Counted from the stretch's first letter, positions 25,051 through 39,779 are shown. The stretch is DNA of 64,000 bases from Octopus vulgaris (GCA_951406725.2 OX597818.1:6448001-6512000), one strand, 5' to 3'. Program-made: numbers and translations. The notes: generated by a model from the letters alone, not told the origin.

Positions 25051-26572
25051 TTTGAATGGGTGTTAGTTTTGGGAACTTGGAAAAATGTTGAATTTAAGTA
25101 CTTAAGAGAAGACAACTTTAAGCGTAAATGCGTTAAAAAGCTCTTGATGTCTGATGGTAGACTTGACTTGGTTTTCGATTTAATACAACTACACCTGGTT
25201 GGATGTCATTTATCGAGTTCGGCTAGTGGGAATTATTCCATCCTGCTTTCTCGTTAATGTGAACCTTTATTTCTCCTTCAAATCATTCTTGGACGTCAAG
25301 AAAAAGAAATAGCTTTGTGGTAAAAAGCAAACACGTGTGAAATAGAAAGATACTAAATTAAGGAAAGTTTTGGCCTTGTAATCTTGTAAAAACAATTTCA
25401 AATTTGACGTATGCTTTTCTTTGGCCAACCTTTATAAAATGTAGCATTTTAAATCAGATTGTGTAAAAAAACATCTCCAGCTATTTCCATTTCCAGTGTG
25501 TTTTATATTAGTACCTATTAATCTTTCCTTAATGGGCGCAATATATGAGATTTCAAAATTATACTATTAGTGTGAATCTAATTTTTAAGAATATTTCATT
25601 AAATAACTTCATAGATTTCTTCAAAAATCTACAGAATCAATGACCAAATATATTCCTTAATAATTAAAATAAATCAATCCTCAGAAGATGTCAGCTTCAT
25701 CTCCGAAACTACGCTGACGTTCTAAGATATAATAATCGTAAACAAATCAGTCCTGGACATCGAATAACAGGTCACAGGTGCTTTTCATTCTGAGCAATTT
25801 CCATTGATATTCCTGGAGCTATCACAATATTAATATCGGTTTCACGATGATACGAGAAGATATTTTCTTATTGTGAAAAGTAACCAATAATTTCAAAAGT
25901 ACAACTTAAAAAATTACTATATGCCTAGGGTACTAAAACGACTTAGTTGAAAATGATGACTTGCTTGGTAACTATTCCTGTAACAGCTTTCGCTCACTAA
26001 AGATGCTTCATTCACAATTGCTATGAACTTGAGGTGGATCTTTAGACAATATCATTCTGCAACTGCAAAATATGCGAAATTACTGGAGTTCTATGCATTG
26101 GCATCGAACGTTTTTGTAACTACTGATGCTATTAAATAGAAATACATCCTATGTGACTTATTAGCACTTAAAAATTGTTTGGTCTCTTCCTATAACATTC
26201 AATGATTTTGAATCACGTTAATTAGCAAATACGTTACTTAACACAATTTGACGACAGTCGTAGCAATTGCTGAATTTCATTTTTATTAGAATAAAATTAT
26301 TTGCTTCAAACCGATATGTTATTCAACATTTGGAAAAATATTAGGTGGATTTATATACAAACTTATTTGCGTTATATGCCGTTGGGGAATTATTCTTCAC
26401 AAAATAAGGCAGATTTTGTCATTTTTATGAGAAAATACTCTAAATTTTTATTAAATATTTCAAGGAGTATATTCTAGAGAATTTGCAAAATACTTTGGAG
26501 GAAACATTCAGATGATATTCTTCCATATCCAATCGGTTTAATTCGCATGCGTGCAGTCTTTCTTTATGCATA

Positions 26573-27253
26573 TATTGGCTCAACCCATAAATAATGCAGT
26601 TTTATACTTCTTTTATTTTAAAAAAATTAAGATAAACCAAGTTCTTTTTTAATCTCTCCTTTATTTTCTACAATGTTCTGCCATATACCTGGTACACTTG
26701 CAAGGCCCCTCTTCCAAAATTCTCTTGTCCGTGATAAAAAATTCTTCAGTACTGTTCTGAGCTCCTCTACAGAATTTATACTCTTTCTGTCCAAATTATT
26801 TTGAAGACTGGAATAAATGATAATCAGATAGGGCAATGTCCGGTTGATAAGTTGGGTTGGCATCGTTTCCCATTTAAACTACTTCACCGTTCGGAATGTA
26901 ATAATCGCTGTATGTGGCCAAAACCTATCCTCATGGAAGAACACTTTCTGGAACTACCGTTGACATTGTCTTACGCCTATTGTCCGACCTCCATATACAG
27001 CATTAATATTCCTCGCACTCTCTTTCGAGTTGTTGTCTTTATTGAATTCATAAAGCAAAATAAGCCGAATATGCTTTTTGTCACTTCCATTACAGCTTGG
27101 AAGAAATAACTGTTAAAATCGAATTGCACTCTTGAAAACTTGCACTAAGAATAAGGTAAAATTAATACCTGCTTTTATAGCATGTTGATACAGGTAGTGT
27201 CATCTCCCTCCTTCGTGCAAATGAAAAAATGCATTATTGATGGGATGACTCTA
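26573..27253 (-). mobile_element. Internally deleted mariner DNA transposon
   Basis: ORF 26627-26863 (SLQNNLDRKSINSVEE..FWKRGLASVPGIWQNIVENKGE) resembles a mariner C-terminus. Degenerate TIRs cccataaataatgca / tgcattattgatggg. Confidence 0.75.
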
Positions 27254-28006
27254 TGGTCCCTGGTTCGAGTGAGTCTTTTAGAATTCTCATGCGTTCCTAA
27301 AAGACTCACTCAAACCAGGCACCATGCTTAACACCAGAAAGGAAATATTCGGACCATGTTTGCATTTTAAGCGTTTTCTGCTGGAATTTCGGGAACCGCA
27401 AGATAGCGGCACAGCCAGAAGTTGATAGCTAATGGGAGCGGGATATAATCCCCAATTGTTGGCCTTCATAGCTGAATGACGGCAGTACGACTGGAAGTCG
27501 ATAGCCATTAGCAAATGGAGATAATCCCCCTGTTAACATTTGCTTTTTATCGAGGCTTTTCCTCTCCGTATTTTAAAGAGGTCTTAGACCATCAGGTTCT
27601 GGAGTCTGACGATACGACATAAAGTTAAAGCCCTTATGGACGGGAAAACTAGAGTACCCCCCCCCCCATAAACCGGGCTTCAGCAGCGGAAAAATATATA
27701 TGTATATATTCATATATGCACATATATACATACATAGTTATCAGTGAGCGATATATCAATCAGGCAAAGAATAATACTTTATAATCTAACACCACTGTCT
27801 TCAGAAGAATTTCTGGTTACCAGAATAACTGACGAATGCAGCATTCAAACTTTTCTCGACCGATCAATGGACAAATTTTTGAAACCTATCAATAACGCAC
27901 CTATAGTGACTACTGGAAACAGCTGGAAGTCAAATTTATTGGAATAAAAAAATATTTAATGACCATTGTTTATACTTTGTATTACCCCCACACACACACA
28001 CATATG

Positions 28007-28038
<32 letters not shown>

Positions 28039-28040
28039 TA

Positions 28041-28340
28041 GTAGGATCCCTAAACGGATGCTATATGGGGAATTTGTTAGGAGAAAGTGACCCCGGCAGA
28101 AACTCAGGCTGAAATTTAAGGTGTGTGTCAAGTCTTCATTCAAGGACTTTGATATGCAGTAGACCGACTTGGAGAGCAATGCCTGTCATCACCACAAATG
28201 GAGGAAGCAGGTCCTGTATGAAGAATTTAAGCGTGTTGTCTGAAAGTGCACTGCTATTTTAGTGAATAGGGACATTTTGCTTTGGAATCTTTGCAGGCGT
28301 GTATGCAAACATTAACCACCAACGAAGCCGCAGATGCAAA
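28041..28340 (+). mobile_element. RTE-clade LINE 3' fragment
   Basis: It translates as RIPKRMLYGEF...LRLKFKVCVKSSFK..LESNA...KWRKQV, like the RTE/BovB ORF C-terminus. Confidence 0.65.
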
Positions 28341-28356
28341 TTATAAGTTAGTCCTA

Positions 28357-28743
28357 CAGCGACGAGCTGGCAGAATCGTTATCACGCCGGGCGAAATGCT
28401 TCGCGGTATTTCGTCTGCCACTACGTTCTGAGTTTCTTTTTTCGGGGTCGATAAATTAAGTACCAGTTACGCACTGGGGCCGATGTAATCTACTTAAACC
28501 CCTTGTCTGTCCTTGTTTGTCCTCTCTATGTTTAGCCCCTTGTGAGTAGTAAAGAAATAGGTATTTTGTCTATCATTAGGTTGAGTTCAAATTCCACCGA
28601 GGTCGACTTTGTCTTTCATCATTTCGGGGTCGATTAAATAAGTACCAGTTACGCACTGAGGTCGATGTAGCTGACTTAAACCCTTTTTCTGCCCTTGTTT
28701 GTCCCCTCTATGTTTAGCCCCCTGTGGATGATAAAGAACTAAA
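28357..28743 (+). mobile_element. Family 1 SINE with a duplicated body and a 15-bp target-site duplication
   Basis: tataagttagtccta occurs at about 28342 and again at about 28745, flanking the SINE. Confidence 0.8.
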
Positions 28744-28825
28744 TATAAGTTAGTCCTAGAGCGCACAATATTCCTAAAGGTCAGCAATAGGCTTCCTCGG
28801 TCAAGAGTGGACGGGCATCATCATG

Positions 28826-28876
<51 letters not shown>

Positions 28877-28878
<2 letters not shown>

Positions 28879-29700
28879 GTTGTTCAATAAGCATGCAGAC
28901 TGTAACGAAGCCAGGGCATGCGGAGTGAAGCTGCTTGGTACCTGATTGATCTTGAACTTCGGTGTGAATGCGCTCTGATATTTAACGTCCTAGCTCACTG
29001 CTGCTGTTTATAGCATTGTTTGGAATGAACGTGTGTTGCATCTGATCATCGCATTGAACATGACAGAAAAAGTTGAGCAGAGAATCTGCATCAAGTTTTG
29101 CCAAAAGATTGACGATACCTGCTCAGAGGTCTACACATGGGTTTTACGTTTTTCATCGTTCTCGACACAATCAACGAGATATTATGCAAGTGAAAGCCGG
29201 GTGTGTTTTTGGACAGCAGAAAGCAGTTTTGGCACAAACGTGACAGACATGCACCTCATACCCAAATCTTCCGTGATGATGGACTGAACTGAACCGTAAC
29301 TAATCTGCACATCATTTGATAACTCACGCTTTTTTTCTCAGTTCTGCGGGTTGTGGGTCTCCCAGAACGTTCATCAATATCGACATTTTTTCGGCCATGT
29401 TGGAAACGTCTGACCCGCTCATACATTTGTTTGCTGCTCATACACCTCTGTCCATACTCTGTCTGCAACGTTTCGTAGGCCTCTGAACCTATCACCATGA
29501 CAACTTTCTCTGGCATGGTCAATTCGACGATCAAACGCTACACATGTTCATTCCAAGCACTGCTATAAACAGCAGAAGTGAACTAGAACGTTAAAACTCA
29601 GTGCGCATGCACAGCTAAATTCAAGTTCAATCTCCACCTGGCGGTTTTACTCAGCGTGCTTTAGCAGATCTGACCTCGTATAACTGATCAGTCCTCGTAT
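28877..29700. mobile_element. Non-autonomous mariner derivative made of two inverted left ends
   Basis: The plus strand reads MTEKVEQRICIKFCQK. The minus strand reads EAYETLQTEYGQRCMS...ERSGRPTT. The ~200-bp arms are mutually inverted. Confidence 0.7.
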
Positions 29701-30252
29701 AACCAGGTATATCTCTGTGAATGAATCGAAAAGTTGAGAGAAATCCTTGCGTGTATTTGAATAAAGAGGAATATGAGCATAGCAAATGCCATGCAAGATG
29801 GAATCAAGTTTATCAAAATACTGTGTTCACTACCGAGGAAGGTAGAACGGTGACGTGATGGCAACAGGTTGCATCACCAAGTGCGAGAGATAATCTAAAA
29901 AATGGAGAGTACTCCAACATTGCTAACTCATTGAGGAAAATATACTCTACCTCTATAAAAGGGGAGAGAGAATTATAAGTGAAGTGCTAAGAACAAAAAC
30001 TATGATTAACATTTGATATCCTTAGTCAAAAGGAGGATGAAAGATTCAGACATATATAGAAATATATAAGATCATAATTATGGCCTATATAATTAGCATA
30101 ACTAAGAAGAAAATTACTTAACAGAAATCAGTCAGAGTGAGTAATGCTATATGTTTTTGAACATTAAATACGAATAAGTGTTTATTACGTATCAAGCAAC
30201 TATAAGCATATATGTGTGTGTGCATTCATGTATATCTATCTACTTATCTATG

Positions 30253-30304
<52 letters not shown>

Positions 30305-30412
30305 AAACTTTATATATGCTTCTCTCTATGTCTGTATGTATATTTATGCCCCTCTCTCTCTTTCTCTATCCCTTTCGCCATCTATCGTTCTCTCTCTCTC
30401 TCTCTCTCTCTC

Positions 30413-30453
<41 letters not shown>

Positions 30454-30626
30454 ATGTATATATATATATAAACGCTCATACGCAAAGAAACACATATCTA
30501 TATGAATACACATATAGAGGCATATAGATATGTGTATGTACATGCTTAGATGTATTATATATAAAGAATGTTCTGTATGATGTTTCTAAATATGTACATA
30601 TCACTCAACGATTATATATGCTAAAT

Positions 30627-30709
<83 letters not shown>

Positions 30710-31902
30710 GTTAATAATTATTATTATTAACTGTGCGCGTCCGTTTTTGTTTGTATGTGCGTTGCATTTGTATCTATTATCGACACCGATTCACTAATGA
30801 TTCGTTTATTAGATTTATTTCCCATAACATTCAAATATTTTTCCTAAAATATCAGGTGAAGAATATATTGTATATGCAAAATTTGACAGTGATCCACTGA
30901 TTGAATACCCACATTTTCTTTACTATGATAGTCCTTCCAGCTCTAAGGTCACTACTAACGCCGAACGTTGGGAAAGCCCATTGAAACTACATAAGTTAGC
31001 ATTTTCTCTACTCTTATGTTTTAGTGATATTATCTACCCGTCAGTATTACTACTCTAGAGAAGCTTGAAAAGCCTTAGAGCTATTATTCAAGTAGGTACC
31101 AGGAGAACAAAAGTCTACGGCTGACTTTCTGAATGTGTATTCAGGTTTACCATTAAATGGGTTTTTTTTTACTTTCGTAATTGGTACTTATTGCCTCCCA
31201 TAATAATACGCCTAATATGCAGAGGATTTAGAGGGCGATGGGTTGGAGGGCATATGGATGAGAGCGGATATTATGAACCGAACGACTAGCATAATTACCT
31301 GAAGCGAAAAGAGAAACAAGATGTATGGAATGAAGAATATAGTGTCAGAGAAATATCAGAATAGAGTGGCGTCAGGAAGAAATTTTGAAGAATATAAAGT
31401 GGATGTGTATCGGACAGTTTGGGCGCGATGAAGTACGTGGTGATAGGAGAGGAAACGAATTGCAATGGAAAAGAAAAAAGAAAAGAGAATAAACAGGAAA
31501 TGGTATAAGCCGGAATAAACTGGCAGCTATGTAAAGAATTTCGAAGACAGTGGGGTAGAAAGGCGTGTTGGATGTGAAACATGCGAGACAATGCAGGACA
31601 GGCAGCGGTTGAAATATGAGAGCGTTAGTCATTAAAAATGTGATAGAAATGAAAAAAAAATATAAAAGAGGAAAATAAAAGTAATCTACTATATTCTATG
31701 AGTTGAGTTATTGAGTGAGGAAACAAAAAATTCAAAAGATAAATAAATAAATATTCGTGAATTGTGCCGGTGGATGTGAATTCATTGTTCCCTGCTGAAA
31801 ACTAACAATTACTGTATTAATATGATTTTCTAGTTAGATATTTTTTCAGGGCTAGTTACCTCTTTGTGTGTTTGTATGTGTCAGTGTGTGCTTCTATGTA
31901 TA

Positions 31903-31954
<52 letters not shown>

Positions 31955-32001
31955 CATAACATTTATGAATGCACCTATAGATATATATCAATATATATGT
32001 G

Positions 32002-32061
<60 letters not shown>

Positions 32062-32162
32062 ATATATATGATAAATATATGTACATATATTTATGTACCA
32101 AAATATACCAAATACATGTACCAAAAATATGTGTATATAATTTTGTATATATATATATATAT

Positions 32163-32227
<65 letters not shown>

Positions 32228-33026
32228 TGTGTTTATGCGTGTGTGCGTGTATGTATGCTTGCATTTATGAATATATGCATGTATATAGGTATGCATGCAT
32301 GAAAAAGACACTGTATTTTATGAAATGCTACATTTCTTTCTCTTTTTTGGGCGCAATCAATACGTGAAATTAGAATTCGTTTTATTTTGGCTCTATATTA
32401 TGTGTCCATATGACGAAATCACGTCCCTTTTTATTTCAATGTAGTAAAAAATCTTTCGAAGAAATTATATCTGTTAATAACCGCTATTTAAAGAAGACGC
32501 CCCCCGCCCACACACACGAACAAATACTTTCGATTTCAATCCCGCGAATCACTCACTTATTCACCTAAATCCATTAGTGAGATCAGAAAATGTTAGAGAT
32601 GACACTATGATGTATTATAGAGTCATGCATCGATGTTAACATACGAGCATCAATTTATGTGGTAACTACTGTTGTTGACTATTAAAGAACTAAGTGGTTG
32701 CATATTCCACAGATGGATCTTGTATTATTTGTGTGGGAGCAGACGCTAGCATACCAGGTACAGTCCAAACGAGCTTTTATTAAGTTTCGTTCTTCCTAAC
32801 CTAACTCCCAAGTTTTTGCTTTATTTAATGCCCTTGCGCGAGTTCCCACACAGCAGGATTGATCTTGGAACTGAGCGACTGTGAAGAGAAAATCTCAAAC
32901 ACTCAGTCATACGTAAGTCTTTCAAGTATTATAATATAATAAATAACTTTATTTTGCACTCTAATGTATCGAAGAATGAAACATAGCTTTATATATGCGT
33001 GGAAAGTGTGCAGGAATTAGGAATGG

Positions 33027-33087
<61 letters not shown>

Positions 33088-33500
33088 GCAATAAGAAAAT
33101 GGAGGGGATCAATAGATGGTTCATCATCTTTTAGACATTATATTATGTTAACTTATTTACTTATTTACTAAACTGACAATTACAATAATATACATACATG
33201 TATAACATATTATTCTTTACATATAGGATATAAAATATATTAATATATAAGGATACCAGTAACTATTTATATATATATATATAGGGAGAGTTTACGAAAA
33301 AAACAAAAGACGAAGACAGGTGGTGTACAAAAAAACAGCTGTATTAGTATAACGCTTAGGAATAGAAAAAGTCTTGTACGTTTCGAGCCTACGCTCTTCT
33401 ACAGAAAGGGACACAGAAAAAACGAGAGAAACGAGAAGAGAAAAATGTGTGTAGTGGCTAACGATCTATCAATACACACACATATATATATATATATATG

Positions 33501-33580
<80 letters not shown>

Positions 33581-33609
33581 CGAGAGAGAGATGGATAGAT
33601 AGATAGTTA

Positions 33610-35470
33610 GACGATAAGAAAAAAGAGGAAAAATAACAATAAGAAGCGTGTCTTTTGCGCTAGGAAACCTTTATAAAATTAGTTAAGAAAGTTGAGAGTG
33701 AGAGTGAGTTTAAGATCGTTTCTGTGTACCATGATGAAGAAAATATATATTTATATTTTTGCCTCGTTGCAATTCAGAGGTAGAGAAGAGCGAAAGGTAG
33801 AAGGATACATCGGAAAAGATGATCAAAGGTTCGAAAGTCTTACATCATAGTTAGATTCACTGTTCGTTAAGTCCGTTGTGAGGTGGAAGAAGAGTAGAAG
33901 ATATTTGAACCTGTGGTCTCGTGGTGATTTAGCTTCCTTAATAAGCTTCCTTAATAATATTTAGTTATTAAGAGTGCAAAGAGAAAGGAGGTTGGAAGGG
34001 GAATATTTGCGTGTAAGTGGCGTTGGTGGTTCTCGACTAAAAGGAAATATAGGAATAAATAGGCTAGCGTATGATGTAGAATAGGTATATAATTCTTGGT
34101 TTATAATGTGGGTTTGGAGTAGTGTAACATAGAATATGGTTTAGGTATATTGTTTATTCATTTATAAAGTAGGTTTGGATTGGTGTATGCTCGTTAGCAA
34201 TAGGCTAAGGGGAGGTAATGCACTGATAAGTAGGTCTGTTAGTAGGGTTATGGACAGGAGTTAGGGATATGTACAGGATTGACCGGGTTTAACGAAACTT
34301 AGAAAAGACAGATTGGCCTATATGTAGACAAAAAGTATTTTCATAATACCTATTGAGTACAGGCGGTTTAGACATTAATATTTGGAGGTGTTCTGTTAAA
34401 CAAAGATGTAGATATTAAGCCCTGTAGTGTTTACTTTACTTCTATTTCTCAAACTAGATTGGTGAGAATTGTACCTAAATAACATTTGTTCTTCGTGGTT
34501 GCTATATGCGATTTTGTATGGTTATTTGCCACTACGTCGCAGTGGTATACTACATTCTTTTTGTTTTACATCTATTAGAGAATTGACACTTATTTCTGTC
34601 TCTGCAGCCACATAAATTATTCAGTTTATCTGTGCTAGTGTTGTGTTGAGGGGGTAGGGGTGAAATTTATTCTATTTGCCGGTTGGCTGTTATGTTTTAT
34701 GTTGCTAATTTTCCTAGTTTCGTAGATGGTTTCTAGCTTATTATTATTTATCGAGGCTATGATGGTAGCTAAGTTACTAGTCAGGCTATGGCCTACTCTA
34801 ATTTTATTCTTAAATATTGCTGCATATTTATTATTTAGGTTTAAGTGCTTATCTATGAGTCTCATTATGGAGTGAACTATGTTAGATTTGAGCTTAATGG
34901 CCAAGGAGATTAATTGCCTGATCTTGTCACTATTTCGTTTAGAATTAATATTGTTATTTTTGGTGTAGTAACTGCCCTCAGTATTCGTGTAGTGTGTAAA
35001 ATTGTAGTCAGAGTATTGTATTTCTTTCTATAGTTGTGCTTATCTTTATTATTGCTAATGTCAGTTTTATTGGATTTATTTCTGTACGCACTCTTTTCTG
35101 GGGTTATATAGGAAACCATGCTACTAAATGACCACGAGACTACAGGTTCAACTAACTTCTATTCTTCCACTTCACAACGGACTTAACGAACAGTGAACCT
35201 AACTCGACCGTAAGACTTTCGAACCTTTGATCATTTTTTTTACCGATGTATCCTTCTGCCTTTCGCTCTTCTCTACCTCTTATTTCATCGTTCTGAGGAT
35301 GTCTACCATTGGCAACGATGCAAAAATATGAATATATATTTTCCTCATCATAGTACACAAACACGATCGTAAACTCACTCTCATTCTCACCTTTCTTAAC
35401 TAATTAAATAATGGCTTCCTAGAGCAAAAGACACAATTCTTATTATTTAACCTCCATTTTCTTATCGTCT
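33610..35470 (-). mobile_element. Degenerate Penelope-like element with an inverted terminal repeat
   Basis: The minus strand reads RLIDKHLNLNNKYAAIFKNKIRVGHS and LCGCRDRNKC..C...NVVYHC (PLE linker and GIY-YIG). 33610-33935 is an inverted copy of 35124-35470. Confidence 0.7.
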
Positions 35471-35622
35471 ATATAAATTAAACTAAGCTTTACCTGGCAA
35501 ATTACCAGCAGCCTTATACCTTTACCGAGGACTATACCTACTGAGGTAATTACCAGGAGTGCCGTCGGATATATCTATCCCTTAGAGCTTTAAACAGCTC
35601 TAACTTTACCTGTTTATATATG

Positions 35623-35678
<56 letters not shown>

Positions 35679-35692
35679 TACTACTCCACTTA

Positions 35693-35735
<43 letters not shown>

Positions 35736-38203
35736 GATTCGTGTGTGTGTGTGTGTGTGTATTTACCTGTGGTTGCGTTACCTTTGAAATGCAAGATATG
35801 ATATCTCTTATTTCATATATGCCCAAAAGCCTTCATAATCTTGATGGTAGTATTACTGAAATCACAGATATATTTAATAGTATCAATATGTTATTTTTGT
35901 TTGTCTATATCGAGATCTACACGAAGAAAAATTATATCATAAGTGAGTTGCCGAGTATCACATGCTGTAACTATCTATTTTCTATATTATACTCTGTGCT
36001 TCATCCGTCCGTTATCGATATGAAATATTTACTACTACTTTTAAAATCTACTGGGCAACCAAACTAGAATGCATAGACTTAGTTTATCAAACCAAGAAAA
36101 ATATTAGTCCCAACCCCACTGATTTTAGAATATGTCATCATATATAACGATGAAATATCAAATAAGGCTGTTCTAGTTACAATATACCCTCTACTCATCC
36201 AGAAAAAACACAGTGTCGTGGCTGGATAGGCTTTGACGTAGTATCTGACAACTCGTCCTTTTTGACACTTACACAAAATTATCATTTCTGCATATACACA
36301 CTCTATTTCCCAAGCTACTTTTGGACATGTCTAAATGGTCAAATAGAATGGTCAAATAGAATGCTAATAATAGTAAACAGTTCTTAATGAAGAACTACAT
36401 TAGAAAGGTTTTAAAAAGTGAAGTCATTTTAGATAAGATATAATTCGAGACACTTAGTCTGAAATTTGAAGACTGGATGCACCCGCTGCAATATGTTGGC
36501 CAATGTTTGTCTCGATTTGAAGCTATACAGGAACAGCAAAAAATATCGACGCGAGAGGCCGCACACACATTATCATCTTTCCTATGAACGAGTCATTTTT
36601 TTAATGCTAAGAATAGCAGGATGGCGGATTGTATTTTTTCTTTATATCCCATTCAGCATGATTTGTGAATTTCATGGACATTACCTATTAGTTCAGACTA
36701 ATTCAGTAAAAAAGAAAAACTACCTATGATAAACCATAGAGTGTTCCTAGAGCGCAGTTTGAATTCCTAGTTATTCATCAGTATTACATCTATACATATC
36801 AAATTTATATCTCTGAGATAGATAGGCTTTCCTTTTTTCTTCTATTACATTCATAATGCGTATGACATTCTATCACATTTCATATGTTTATATAAATCGT
36901 TGTAGAAAGATCATTACTCACGAACATTTATATATTCGTATACTAATGTGATTGGTAATGCCCAATGTCCATCTACGTAAAAATAACAAGATGTTAATAA
37001 CTGAACAATAAACAAGAGTAAGAGAGAAAATAGACGTCTACAATGAGCTAGCAGAGGGGGAATTGCAGTGAAGAGAATCACAGATCAGGTGGTGGTGTTA
37101 AACCTGACAACTTGTTAATCCTGAAGTTTTATCACTTCATTTAACGTTACCGTTGATTAGTATACACTTGATATTATTTGGAACCTTCAATACATGTATA
37201 TATGTCGAAAATGTATCTGAAACAGTTAAATTAGTTACTACATAATGCATAAAAGTTTTGTATCATATTTCTTCTAAAATTGTATAGACTTTTGAAATAG
37301 AATACTCTTCATCTACTATATTTATACATTATAATGTTTATCAATGATGTATATACAGATTGAAAAGAACTGAGACTATATTTCGGAATTTAGACGGAAT
37401 TAAATTAGGTTAACATCGAATCGCAAAAATTGAAGAAACGTCTACATAAGAGAAAAAACACAAACATATTCAAATTTAAAACGATGGAATAGTTAACCAA
37501 ATTAATAGATTCTGCATAGATACTAAATTATAATCCCATCCATTATATTTGAGATTATATTGAGAATCTTCATCGAAGACAGAACAGGTTACAATCATGA
37601 GGATTAACTGTACTTGTCAAATGGAAATAAGCTAGCTATAAGTCTAACAGAGAGTATCGTAAAATACTTCAGCTAGAAAATTGAATACGTGCAATTAAAA
37701 TCAGGCAAATCCAAATTATATACAGTGAACACCGGAAATTATAAAAAAGTACTGCTTACATAAAATCAAATACACACACGTACACACACACACACACACA
37801 CACAAACACACACAGAGAGACAAACATACACAAACACACACATACGCAGCGTATATATATATATATATATATATATACAGCAAAATTTGGATTCATATGA
37901 GTATGGTACTTAAGTTGGGGCACCAGAATTTAGTACCGTATTATCCATACAATTTCAAAATAAGGTGATTAAAATCAAAATATACAACAAGGATATCCAT
38001 AAGTAATGCAATACGATCGTTTCAAGCAACTTCATTTAATTGAACAATGCAATCATTACATCAATTTAAATACAGAGCAATCGTCATCAGCATAAAGACA
38101 TAGTATTTATTTAAATTAAAACAGATGGACACATTAGTATAATTTTACATAAATATCCAAGAAGGCAAGGATATACACATATATATATATATGTATATAT
38201 ATA

Positions 38204-38597
38204 TAGGAGTGGCTGTGTGGTAAGTAGCTTGTCTACCAACCACATGGTTCCGGGTTCAGTCCCACTGCGTGGCATCTTGGGCAAGTGTCTTCTGCTATAG
38301 CCCCGGGCCGACCAATGCCTTGTGAATGGATTTGGTAGACGGAAACTGAAAGAAGCCTGTCCTATATATGTATGTGTGTGTATTTGTGTGTCTGTGTTTG
38401 TCCCCATAGCATTTCTTGACATCCGATGCTGGTGTGTTTACGTCCCCGTCACTTAGCGGTTCGGCAAATGAGAACGATAGAATAAGTACTGGGCTTACAA
38501 AAAATAAGTCCCGGGATCGAGTTGCTCGACTAAAGGCGGTGCTCCAGCATGGCCGCAGTCAAATGACTGAAACAAGTAAAAGAGTAAAAGAGTAAAA
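38204..38597 (+). mobile_element. tRNA-derived SINE, family 2, full length (a partial copy follows at 38658-38825)
   Basis: A box tggctgtgtggtaag, B box gggttcagtccc, and tail cagtcaaatgactgaaacaagtaaaagag. Confidence 0.85.
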
Positions 38598-39113
38598 GAT
38601 ATATATATATATATATACATACACACACACGAACGCACACACACACATATATATATTGGCACAGAGAGGTTTTGTTGTAAGTAAGAAGCTTGCTTTCAAA
38701 GCACGTGGTTTCGGGTTCTGTCCCACTGTCTGGCACCTTGAGCGTTGCCTTGTATTATAGCCTTGGACCGACAAAAACCTTGTGTCTTGATTTTGTGGAC
38801 AGAAAATGAAAAAAAGCCCATTATGTATATTCGACATGGGGTTATAATTAGAGAACAAATGTAGAGTGAATTGTAGGTATTTGAAATCAGGTTCTAGTGT
38901 ATAGGTGCTGGTATTCCAGCGCCTTTAGCAATAATTATATTTTTATAATTATATACTTAAAAATTAATTTTACTGATATGGTCATTTTTTTATACGCTAG
39001 CCACAGTCATAATCTTTGAAATGAATATATCCTCAATTTACAAGTATACATGTGTGTGTATGTTTGTGTATGTGTGCGTTTGTGTGTGTGTGTCTATGTG
39101 TGTGGGTGGATGT

Positions 39114-39154
<41 letters not shown>

Positions 39155-39523
39155 AGAGGGAGGCACAAGACGAAAATGAAAGGAGGAAAAGAGTGCACAT
39201 TTGAAAGATAGAAAATAAAGCACGAGAAGATTAAGAGAAGGCTTAGAAATATTGAACCTATGGAAAATGAGGAAGCGTTGCTTATTATTTATGTGATTTG
39301 TGGGAAGAAATGCTTGATTCGTGCATTTCGATAGGTGAATGAATTATCCTATGTTTACCGTCAACATGGAAAATTCGATGAACCGATACCAGGGTAGCGA
39401 ATTCACGTCAGAAACACGGTTGAAGCGACCTGTCCAAGGGTAGAAACTCCGGGTTCATGTGCAGAAATTTGTGTTATATATGAATAAATAGAGTTGAACG
39501 AAGATGTTAGCAAAATTCCTTTA

Positions 39524-39605
39524 CTCTCGACATATGTTTCGAAGACAACATGGTTTTATTCCAAAGGAATAAACGGTGCAAGATGCAATCTTCTCATCAG
39601 GAAAG
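39524..39605 (-). ncRNA. Type I hammerhead ribozyme motif (left arm)
   Basis: It is the reverse complement of 39698-39779. Confidence 0.8.
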
Positions 39606-39697
39606 AAAGGGAGCCTCTCTCAACAACAAGACAAAACAATAATGTAGGCAGTCATCGTAATTATTGTTTTGTCTTGTTGTTGAGAGAGGCTCCCTTT

Positions 39698-39779
39698 CTT
39701 TCCTGATGAGAAGATTGCATCTTGCACCGTTTATTCCTTTGGAATAAAACCATGTTGTCTTCGAAACATATGTCGAGAG
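39698..39779 (+). ncRNA. Type I hammerhead ribozyme motif (right arm)
   Basis: Reads ctttc-CTGATGA-gaaga[long loop]tcttc-GAAA-c-atat-GTC-gagag. Stems I and II pair, and stem III is the palindrome acatatgt. Confidence 0.8.

Noticed and set aside
25675-25725. Hammerhead-like cagaagatg...catctccGAAAc
   Set aside because: There is no CUGAnGA or UUGAnAA core and no consistent stems I and III.
25600-26500. Possible hAT transposase remnant
   Set aside because: Only a weak resemblance (LLEFYALASNVFV) was seen, with no TIRs or catalytic motifs.
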